Virus record (IMG/VR): IMGVR_UViG_3300044712_001292
Location: 1 to 64,000 of that record
Direction: 5' to 3' (one strand)
DNA length: 64,000 nucleotides
Source: a virus
The notes under the pieces were generated by a model, which worked only from the letters and a program-made list of their open reading frames with translations, ran no database searches and was not told the origin of the DNA. Position 1 is the first letter of the stretch. Each line of letters starts with the position of its first letter. Positions 36,089 to 42,732 of this stretch are shown here, one piece after another. A program made the position numbers and the translations under genes.

Positions 36089-36316
36089 ATGCACACTGCT
36101 ATAGACGCCAGACTCGCACTTCTGTGGACATGTCAGGCATGCAAAGCTGTGAATTGGTATACTACATCGCGGTCGAAGGAGGCGGAGGAGGCGAGGTTGG
36201 AGGCGGCTAAGGCGATGGAGTGTGATCCAGAAGACCTGTCTGTTATACCTGAGATCCTCTGCTGCCGTACCTGTGAAGAACCGCACCGGTTGCCGGATGA
36301 GATCGGTGCATCCTAA
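36089..36316 (+). CDS. small zinc-ribbon-like protein inside tRNA array
   Basis: WTCQAC...CRTC; upstream TTGACG...TATATT. Confidence 0.6.
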   Translation: MHTAIDARLALLWTCQACKAVNWYTTSRSKEAEEARLEAAKAMECDPEDLSVIPEILCCRTCEEPHRLPDEIGAS

Positions 36317-36323
36317 ATCGTAT

Positions 36324-36398
36324 GCCGTTAACGCCTAGATAGCGAGGCACCGTTTTCGTAAAGCGGACAGAGGGGCGCACGTCCTCTTGACGGCACCA
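36324..36398 (+). tRNA. trnT: tRNA-Thr(CGT)
   Basis: loop TTCGTAA, CCA. Confidence 0.85.
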
Positions 36399-36467
36399 GT
36401 ATAGAATAAAGGGCAAGAGTGTGCTAAACGCGCTAGAGAAGGTCCAAGTCACTCGCTTACCACATGT

Positions 36468-36541
36468 GCTCCGTTAAGTAAACGGTATACTAAAGATTTT
36501 GTAAATCTTAATTCTGTGTTCGACTCACAGACGGAGCACCA
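36468..36541 (+). tRNA. trnT: tRNA-Thr(TGT)
   Basis: AAGAT-TTTGTAA-ATCTT, CCA. Confidence 0.85.
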
Positions 36542-36549
36542 ATAAATAC

Positions 36550-36623
36550 GCCGTTGTAAGATAGTGGCAGTCTACCTCCCTGGTATGGAGGAAGCGGGTT
36601 TTCGATTAACCCCGACGGCACCA
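36550..36623 (+). tRNA. trnT: tRNA-Thr(GGT)
   Basis: CCTCC-CTGGTAT-GGAGG, CCA. Confidence 0.85.
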
Positions 36624-36625
36624 AC

Positions 36626-36698
36626 GCATCGGAGGCGGAACAGGCTCCGCACTCAGCTTTTAACTGAGGGTAAGCTGGTTCGAGTCCAGCCCGATGCA
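36626..36698 (+). tRNA. trnK: tRNA-Lys(TTT)
   Basis: CTCAG-CTTTTAA-CTGAG; no encoded CCA. Confidence 0.85.
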
Positions 36699-36703
36699 CA
36701 GAC

Positions 36704-36777
36704 GCACCCTGAGCAGGCTGGCATTGCACTCGGTTCTTACCCGAGGGGAGAAGGTTCGATTCCTTTAGGGTGCACCA
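36704..36777 (+). tRNA. trnK: tRNA-Lys(CTT)
   Basis: CTCGG-TTCTTAC-CCGAG, CCA. Confidence 0.85.
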
Positions 36778-36782
36778 TCCAT

Positions 36783-36858
36783 CTGGCCATCGCCTAACCT
36801 GGCAAGGCACTGCGTTCGGGTCGCAGGGATGCTGGTTCAAATCCAGCTGGCTAGACCA
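36783..36858 (+). tRNA. trnP: tRNA-Pro(CGG)
   Basis: CTGCG-TTCGGGT-CGCAG, CCA. Confidence 0.9.
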
Positions 36859-36934
36859 TGTTAGTCCATCACTCAGTTAGCAGAACGATGTCACGAGGTA
36901 GAAGCGATCATCGAGGTCAAACCGATGTATGTCA

Positions 36935-37009
36935 GGGAGTTTATATCAGTGGCAGATAGCTCGGCCTACACCCGAGATGTGGGTGGTTCGATTCCACCAA
37001 CTCCCACCA
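36935..37009 (+). tRNA. trnV: tRNA-Val(TAC)
   Basis: CTCGG-CCTACAC-CCGAG, CCA. Confidence 0.9.
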
Positions 37010-37063
37010 CTTCTATGACGGCGTGTCCTCCGTGGAGTGATTCAGCCAGTCACCTACCATTAT

Positions 37064-37140
37064 CGGCCGTGGGAGTGCACGCGCCTCACTCGTCTTATGA
37101 ACGAGCCAAGACTGGGCCGAGCACCCGGTACGGCCGACCA
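37064..37140 (+). tRNA. trnI: tRNA-Ile(TAT), atypical
   Basis: CTCGT-CTTATGA-ACGAG; acceptor CGGCCGT/ACGGCCG, A73, CCA; T-loop CCGAGCA. Confidence 0.7.
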
Positions 37141-37161
37141 GCTGTATACGCAGGAGTCATC

Positions 37162-37710
37162 ATGCGCTGTCTCGTCCTTAACCAGGATATGTCGTTTCTT
37201 CATATGACCACAGACGCCTTCGACGGCATCAAGCTGATGACGAAGGGGCGTGTACAGCCTTTGGCGACCTATGATAAGCGTCTGCGTTCAGAGAAGCACG
37301 AGTTCGTCATCCCGGCTGTAGTCCAACTGAAGGGGTACGTACACGTCGGCAAGCGTAGGCACGGGTTTACTCAGGCATCGCACCAGAACGTATTCGTTCG
37401 AGATGGCGAGCGGTGTGCGTACTGTGGGTGCAAGCTGACGCTGCGGAGTTGTACGAAGGATCACGTCGTACCGCGTTCTCGTGGTGGCAAAGACACGCTG
37501 TCGAATGTCGTCGCTTGCTGCAGGTCATGCAACGAGGAGAAGGCCGACAGGACGCTCGCGGAGTCGGGCATGAAGCTCCGCGAGGGCATAGAGCTGCGTC
37601 AGCTCACTGACGATGAGAAGCTGTCCGTCCTCCTGAAGACGGGGGCAGGTGCTGCAGAGCGGAAAGCATGGATCGGCTTTCTGAAGGCTACGGGGTTGAC
37701 ACTGTTCTGA
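37162..37710 (+). CDS. HNH endonuclease (McrA-like)
   Basis: LVLN N-terminus; RDGERCAYCG...TKDHVVPRSRGG...NVVACCRSCNEEK; AGGAG RBS; start re-called from 36925. Confidence 0.92.
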   Translation: MRCLVLNQDMSFLHMTTDAFDGIKLMTKGRVQPLATYDKRLRSEKHEFVIPAVVQLKGYVHVGKRRHGFTQASHQNVFVRDGERCAYCGCKLTLRSCTKDHVVPRSRGGKDTLSNVVACCRSCNEEKADRTLAESGMKLREGIELRQLTDDEKLSVLLKTGAGAAERKAWIGFLKATGLTLF

Positions 37711-37722
37711 CATCTCTATGAT
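37696..37722 (+). promoter_or_regulatory. promoter candidate for leader 2 / tRNA array 2
   Basis: TTGACA-N15-TATGAT. Confidence 0.45.
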
Positions 37723-37743
37723 GACGCTTATCCGAGTCATACT

Positions 37744-37821
37744 GTGAATACCGGCCTATCATCGCTGCTGTCGTCTTACCTCAGTTCCTATAGGAACACC
37801 GGGGACGGTGGCGCTTTGTAA
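37744..37821 (+). CDS. leader peptide 2 (25 aa, Leu/Ser/Tyr-rich) of tRNA array 2 attenuator
   Basis: GTG start; MNTGLSSLLSSYLSSYRNTGDGGAL*; 12 consecutive L/S/Y codons at 37756-37791. Confidence 0.8.
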   Translation: MNTGLSSLLSSYLSSYRNTGDGGAL

Positions 37822-37856
37822 CCCGAACATGCTCGGAACGCGCCCTCGAACCCCGG
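37799..37856 (+). promoter_or_regulatory. antiterminator of attenuator 2
   Basis: CCGGGGACGGTGGCGC (37799-37814) pairs with GCGCCCTCGAACCCCGG (37840-37856). Confidence 0.75.
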
Positions 37857-37883
37857 ATCCACAAGGTCCGGGGTTTTTCTTTT
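37848..37883 (+). terminator. intrinsic terminator (attenuator 2)
   Basis: AACCCCGGATC/GGTCCGGGGTT stem followed by TTTCTTTT. Confidence 0.9.
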
Positions 37884-37910
37884 ACAACGATATATGGTGG
37901 TTGCGATGAC

Positions 37911-37995
37911 GGGGGCGTGGCTTCGTTGGGAACTGGCACACCTTGCCGGCTTAGAACCGGTAGCTTTGAGAGTTCGAGTCTCTCCGCCCCTACCA
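37911..37995 (+). tRNA. trnL: tRNA-Leu(TAG)
   Basis: GCCGG-CTTAGAA-CCGGT, enlarged D region, short variable loop, CCA. Confidence 0.8.
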
Positions 37996-37998
37996 CAT

Positions 37999-38073
37999 AC
38001 CCGTGTAGCCCAATTGGCAGGAGGCGCTAGTGTGAGGCACTAGACAGTGCTGGTTCGAATCCAGTCGCGGGTA
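37999..38073 (+). tRNA. trnL: tRNA-Leu(GAG)
   Basis: CTAGT-GTGAGGC-ACTAG, short variable loop; no encoded CCA. Confidence 0.85.
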
Positions 38074-38079
38074 ATATAT

Positions 38080-38173
38080 GCACATCGTTCCGTACGGTAG
38101 TCTGTAAAACTATTGCGCACAAAAGCATGTACGGCGTACGCGCGGTTGGGTTAAACTCCCTCGATGTGCACCA
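38080..38173 (+). tRNA. trnY: tRNA-Tyr(GTA), atypical (no canonical D-arm)
   Basis: GTAGT-CTGTAAA-ACTAT; acceptor GCACATCG/CGATGTGC, A73, CCA. Confidence 0.7.
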
Positions 38174-38178
38174 GATAA

Positions 38179-38255
38179 CGGCGTATGATGCAACTGGCGA
38201 CATACCTGCCTCAAAATCAGGGTCTATGCGGGTTCGACTCCCGCTGCGCCGACCA
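38179..38255 (+). tRNA. trnL: tRNA-Leu(CAA)
   Basis: loop CTCAAAA, short variable loop, CCA. Confidence 0.8.
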
Positions 38256-38258
38256 CAA

Positions 38259-38347
38259 CCGGTAGTGGCGAAATCGGCTGAGACGCGACAGGCTTAAACC
38301 CTGCTACACGAGAAACATTGTGGGTTCGAGTCCCACCTACCGGACCA
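38259..38347 (+). tRNA. trnL: tRNA-Leu(TAA)
   Basis: loop CTTAAAC, long variable arm, CCA. Confidence 0.9.
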
Positions 38348-38350
38348 TTT

Positions 38351-38441
38351 GGAAGGTATTGCGACTTTAGTAAGCGACCCGAGTTCGAACCTCGGTGACA
38401 CGTCTGACGGCGTGAGGGTGCGATCCCCTGACCTTCCTCCA
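38351..38441 (+). tRNA. trnS: tRNA-Ser(CGA)
   Basis: CCGAG-TTCGAAC-CTCGG, long variable arm, CCA. Confidence 0.8.
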
Positions 38442-38444
38442 TAT

Positions 38445-38531
38445 GGAATATGAACCGACCAGGGTGTCGGCTCCGCTTGGAAAGCGGCTGGGCGCTTCGG
38501 CGCTGTGTTTCGAGTACACCGTATTCCGCCA
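38445..38531 (+). tRNA. trnS: tRNA-Ser(GGA)
   Basis: loop TTGGAAA, long variable arm, G73, CCA. Confidence 0.85.
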
Positions 38532-38533
38532 TT

Positions 38534-38619
38534 GGAACGTAAATCAGCATGGTGCTGAACCTCGGTGCTAACGAGTGTGGCCCTACGGGGCTGAGGGTCG
38601 GGTCCTCTGCGTTCCGCCA
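38534..38619 (+). tRNA. trnS: tRNA-Ser(GCT)
   Basis: loop GTGCTAA, long variable arm, G73, CCA. Confidence 0.85.
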
Positions 38620-38624
38620 CATAT

Positions 38625-38711
38625 GGATAGTGAACTGCTCGGGTGAGCAGCACCGGCTTGAAACCGGCAGGGCCCTACGGGGCTGGGGATCGAGACCTCC
38701 GCTATCCGCCA
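38625..38711 (+). tRNA. trnS: tRNA-Ser(TGA)
   Basis: loop CTTGAAA, long variable arm, G73, CCA. Confidence 0.85.
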
Positions 38712-39530
38712 TCACATATAGTCAGGTGGTTCGTCGATACCTTTCCATACACGTATCGATGCGTCGAAAAGGTACGGGAATATCGCCTCGAAAGCGTAGA
38801 TAGGCAGAAAGAGGAACTGATCGTGTTTCGCCCGACCCGTCGGGCTGTTATGCCCATGCTGGATGATATGTTCATAACCACTTACGAGCATCAGCCTGTG
38901 GACGTGCTGCCAGAACGCCTTCGATCTCGATCGAATAGCTGTGCGTGACGCAGCGCAGATGATGGCGAGACACGGCTGTATGATTGGAGGCATAGGTGTT
39001 TCGAACAGAGAGCACCAGACGGAGCTCAGACACCTGGCATACGACTCTTTGTAGCACTCGAGGATGACTTTGTCCCCGTCCTGCCGGTGGGTATGAACGA
39101 GATATCCATGCCTCGACATGGACGGTTTCCACGCTCCGAGGTTCATAAAGTCCAGTGGCGCCTGCACGGCTTGACGTACATCGTCGATGAAGCGAGGGGC
39201 GTGGTCGAATGGGAAGTGTGCGAAGAGCGTGTACTCCGGCAGGGCATCGTAGTGTTCGGCAATGTATCTGCAGTAGACTGTACCAGCGTACGCGCGCCTG
39301 TCGTAGATGGTATGTACATGCCGAAGAGGGAGGCAGCCACCGTCGCTGTAGCAGACGGTCCTACCGTTGATCAGGCGGAGCCAATCCCACGTATTGGACT
39401 CTTTGACGGCATAGTTCGCACACAGCGTCCAGTTCTCTGGCAAGTCGATGCGGTCTGTGTCGAGGTCGAAATCCCAGCTTCCGCGGTGGCCGTAAATAGA
39501 CTTCTTCGTAAGACGGAGGGGCGTCGGCAT
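38712..39530 (-). CDS. DUF3431-like protein (possible glycosyltransferase-related fold)
   Basis: YCRYIAEHYDALPEYTLFAH.PFDH and IRSRSKAFW motifs; start re-called at MPTPLR to avoid overlap. Confidence 0.65.
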   Translation of the reverse strand: MPTPLRLTKKSIYGHRGSWDFDLDTDRIDLPENWTLCANYAVKESNTWDWLRLINGRTVCYSDGGCLPLRHVHTIYDRRAYAGTVYCRYIAEHYDALPEYTLFAHFPFDHAPRFIDDVRQAVQAPLDFMNLGAWKPSMSRHGYLVHTHRQDGDKVILECYKESYARCLSSVWCSLFETPMPPIIQPCLAIICAASRTAIRSRSKAFWQHVHRLMLVSGYEHIIQHGHNSPTGRAKHDQFLFLPIYAFEAIFPYLFDASIRVWKGIDEPPDYM

Positions 39531-39618
39531 GCAGGAAACTACGTACGGTCCGTGATTCGTCAAGGTCTCTCGAAAAGACCACTTGCAGACCCCGGTGGCC
39601 TGCATAGTGTTCTCCGCT

Positions 39619-40272
39619 ATGTCAATAACGGTCCTCCGTAGCCCTGTCATCCCTCGGAACATGCAAGCGACACGGATGTCCGGCAGCCCCGTAGAAGACG
39701 CCTCGGTGATTCGTAAAGACGCGCCCATACCTGTCTTGATGCAGGAACACGACGGGTCGTTCCGAAACGCAGGCACGACGGTAGCCGCCGACCTCCCAGA
39801 GCCTAAGCTGACCGACCCGCTTCCACAGGATGCTGGTTCGACGAGAGCGAAGCCGGAGTTCGAAGTACCAGTAGGGCAGGCTATGGCGCAAGCCTCCGGA
39901 CTGGCGGTACCGGCGCCTGCGCAGCCAGCGCAGTTTAAGCCTTCTGTGTCCAATTATACGCCCCCTCCGACCCCAGCACCGCCAGCTAAACGCGTTCGGG
40001 TACGGATGTCGAATCCGGGCATGGGCAGGGTAACGGTCGGTGTTCGCGCGGTCAGTATCTCGGAAACCGTCGTCATCCTCGCTTACCCGCAGGACGCCGA
40101 CAACATCGTTGAACCCCCTGTCTGTGGTGGAGATAACCCCATCCGTGTCGAATTCGAGGGGAAGAAGTACACGTGCGTATTCGGTGGATGGACAACAGAA
40201 CTCGAGGGGATGTTCCTGGTCGTCCTCTTACGCACCGGAGAAGACGAGGACCCAAGCCCTTCTAAGGCTTGA
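39619..40272 (+). CDS. hypothetical protein
   Basis: Pro-rich linker then beta-rich C-terminal domain; start uncertain. Confidence 0.65.
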   Translation: MSITVLRSPVIPRNMQATRMSGSPVEDASVIRKDAPIPVLMQEHDGSFRNAGTTVAADLPEPKLTDPLPQDAGSTRAKPEFEVPVGQAMAQASGLAVPAPAQPAQFKPSVSNYTPPPTPAPPAKRVRVRMSNPGMGRVTVGVRAVSISETVVILAYPQDADNIVEPPVCGGDNPIRVEFEGKKYTCVFGGWTTELEGMFLVVLLRTGEDEDPSPSKA

Positions 40273-40308
40273 ATCCGCTCGTCGTAACACCACAATCGTG
40301 CGAGACCT

Positions 40309-42162
40309 ATGACGACGTTCATTCCTCCCCCGCGGCCTGTGGCCGGAGCCGTCGGCAGCGGAGGCGCAGACAAGCCGGTTATCTCACCGTGGATGGACTA
40401 CGCATCGTTGACGATGCCGGACAGCCACCAGCTGGTGATGTGGTGGGCGCAGTATCTGTGGATGATGGATGGTAACTATAGGACGGCGATGGAGCGGGTT
40501 GCCGCCCACTTCCTGACCATCATCGAGTTCCCCGATCTGGAGCCTGACGAAGAGAGCGAGTGGCGCGACTTCTTCAGCAACCACATGAACTACCGCCGTG
40601 AGCTGCTTGCCTGCGCTCACGAATACCTCTGCTACGGCAACCTCATCGTTGGCTTGTACCTTCCCTTCAAGCGGTTCGCCCGGTGCCGTAACTGCTCCGT
40701 CGAGAACCCGCTGAGCGAAGTCGATTACGAGCTAGAGCTTGTTGATAAGCACCCGTACCTGCACTGGCGCAGGGTGCGCCCCTGCCCGAAGTGTCAGGAT
40801 AAGCAGACATATGAGGTTTTCGACCGCCGGTCGTCCGATCTATCCAAGGTGCGGCTGAACCGGTATTGCCCGCTTGAAATCGAAATCGCGTTCAACCGCC
40901 ACAGCCACAGCAAGAATATCTACTGGAATATACCGGACGATGAGGTTCGTGATATTCAGCAGAAAGCACGCATCCATATCGACGAGACACCGCTCGAGGT
41001 GCTGGAGACGGTCGCGGCCGGCGGTAAGCTGCACTTCAACAGCGACCTGATCCTGCATATCGATGAGCCGTGCATCAGCGGTGTTCGCACGCGTGGCTGG
41101 GGCGTGCCGCGTACGATCGCCAACTTCCGTACGGCGTGGATGCAGCAGGTGACGAGTAAGGCGGACCAGACCGCGATGCTCGACTACACACTCGGTATGC
41201 GCTGGATCTCCCCGTCGCCGACACCCGGCGGCACGGATCCGATGATGAATCGTGGCATGCAGGAGTTCGTCGCGCAGATCAGCGCTGCAGTGCGTGAGCA
41301 TCGTCTCAATCCGGCGTCATACCACACGTCACCGTATCCGCTGACGTACCAGTTCATGGGCGGTGAAGGCGGCGCACTCGTGCCTCCGGAGAAGCTCAAG
41401 TTCCGTCAGCAGGAATACCTGAACCAGCTCGGTATTCCTCTGGAATACCATCAGATGAACCTGAGCACGCAGGCCGCTCCCATGGCGCTGCGTCTGTTTG
41501 AGTCGTACTGGCAAGCCCTCCCGGCGTTCTACAACAAGATCCTTACGTGGATCACGGAGATGCTGTCCAAGACGTATAATCTCGAGGCGACATCGGTTCA
41601 GATGCAGAAGACCACCGTTGTCGACGACGCCAACTACAAGGCGCTGTTGCTGCAGCTGATGTCTGGCAACCAGCTTTCTCCCCAGACCGCGCTCGAGCCG
41701 CTTGGCATCAACGCGCACGAGGAGGTCAAGAAGGTCTACCGTCACCAGGACTATGTCAGCCGGGTACAGTCCGAGTTCGACGAGAAGGCCCAGAAGCGGC
41801 AGGAGATGGCGGCGTTCAAGTCGCAGGTACAGCAGCCGACGGCAGCCCAGCTCGCCCAGCAGCAGCAGGGCGGGGCGCCTCCGCCTCCTGGAACTCCGAT
41901 GGGTGGTGTTCCGACCGGAGGCATGCCTGGCGCATCTCCGAATACGCCTCAGACGCTGGCTGGTCTGGCGGATCAGGCGTCTCAGATCGCTCAGCAGCTC
42001 GTGACGCTGCCTGAGTTCGAGCGTAAACAGCAGCTCAAGCAGCTTCGTGAGGGGAACAAGCAGCTGCACGCCCTGGTTATGAGCGATATGGAGGACCTGC
42101 GGGAGGCAGCTGCCAACCAAGGTAAGCAGATGATCCTTCAACAGGGACCCCCGCAGGGCTAG
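40309..42162 (+). CDS. putative portal protein
   Basis: 617 aa helical protein with YRTAMERVAAHF, YLCYGN, two CxxC pairs, GWGVP and Q/P-rich tail; heads the head-gene cluster (inference). Confidence 0.55.
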   Translation: MTTFIPPPRPVAGAVGSGGADKPVISPWMDYASLTMPDSHQLVMWWAQYLWMMDGNYRTAMERVAAHFLTIIEFPDLEPDEESEWRDFFSNHMNYRRELLACAHEYLCYGNLIVGLYLPFKRFARCRNCSVENPLSEVDYELELVDKHPYLHWRRVRPCPKCQDKQTYEVFDRRSSDLSKVRLNRYCPLEIEIAFNRHSHSKNIYWNIPDDEVRDIQQKARIHIDETPLEVLETVAAGGKLHFNSDLILHIDEPCISGVRTRGWGVPRTIANFRTAWMQQVTSKADQTAMLDYTLGMRWISPSPTPGGTDPMMNRGMQEFVAQISAAVREHRLNPASYHTSPYPLTYQFMGGEGGALVPPEKLKFRQQEYLNQLGIPLEYHQMNLSTQAAPMALRLFESYWQALPAFYNKILTWITEMLSKTYNLEATSVQMQKTTVVDDANYKALLLQLMSGNQLSPQTALEPLGINAHEEVKKVYRHQDYVSRVQSEFDEKAQKRQEMAAFKSQVQQPTAAQLAQQQQGGAPPPPGTPMGGVPTGGMPGASPNTPQTLAGLADQASQIAQQLVTLPEFERKQQLKQLREGNKQLHALVMSDMEDLREAAANQGKQMILQQGPPQG

Positions 42163-42164
42163 TC

Positions 42165-42192
42165 TTGCAGGCTCGAAAAGGACCCATAAGGT
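42165..42192 (+). promoter_or_regulatory. sigma70-like promoter candidate
   Basis: TTGCAG-N16-TAAGGT. Confidence 0.35.
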
Positions 42193-42198
42193 ACCCCC

Positions 42199-42717
42199 AT
42201 GCGTACGACTGATATCCTGACCAAGGCTATGTGTAAGGCGGCCGCTGATTCGGGTGAGTCTGCTAGTTATCTCGATCAGCTCCCGTTCCTGGGCAGCACG
42301 GTTCTCGGCGGTATCATCGGACGCCGCATGGGCGCTTCTGGAAGCGCCCGCCGCGGATTCGGAGCAACGCTTACAGGCGCTACGCTGGGTGGGGTGGCGG
42401 GAGTGAAGGCTCAGGACGCACGCGATTCAGCGTTGCGTGAGATCGATCGCCACGGCGACGCCCCGCTTGTTCAGGGCGCGAACGCAGCTATCGACGCTGC
42501 TGGGGCCGCCACTGAACGCATGCGCGACCCGTTTAAGGATACGCTGGCTCGGAAGCCGGAGCCGACCTTACTCGAGCGCGCTGGTAACGTCGCCGGACAG
42601 TACTGGCGGAATCTCAAGTCAGGGGATCCGCTGACGATTGCGGGAACCGGGGCCGCAGCTATACTCGCAGGCGTGCTAACGCACCAACTCCTCAAGAAGA
42701 AGCGCGCTCGCGCTTAA
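42199..42717 (+). CDS. glycine-zipper membrane protein
   Basis: GxxxG segments; ends GAAAILAGVLTHQLLKKKR. Confidence 0.7.
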   Translation: MRTTDILTKAMCKAAADSGESASYLDQLPFLGSTVLGGIIGRRMGASGSARRGFGATLTGATLGGVAGVKAQDARDSALREIDRHGDAPLVQGANAAIDAAGAATERMRDPFKDTLARKPEPTLLERAGNVAGQYWRNLKSGDPLTIAGTGAAAILAGVLTHQLLKKKRARA

Positions 42718-42732
42718 TAAAGGAACATCACC

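Noticed and set aside
33405-38803. ORF-track proteins overlapping the tRNA arrays (e.g. 33405..33848, 34378..34719, 38224..38715, and the 36925 extension of HNH)
   Set aside because: They are sense or antisense translations of tRNA genes.
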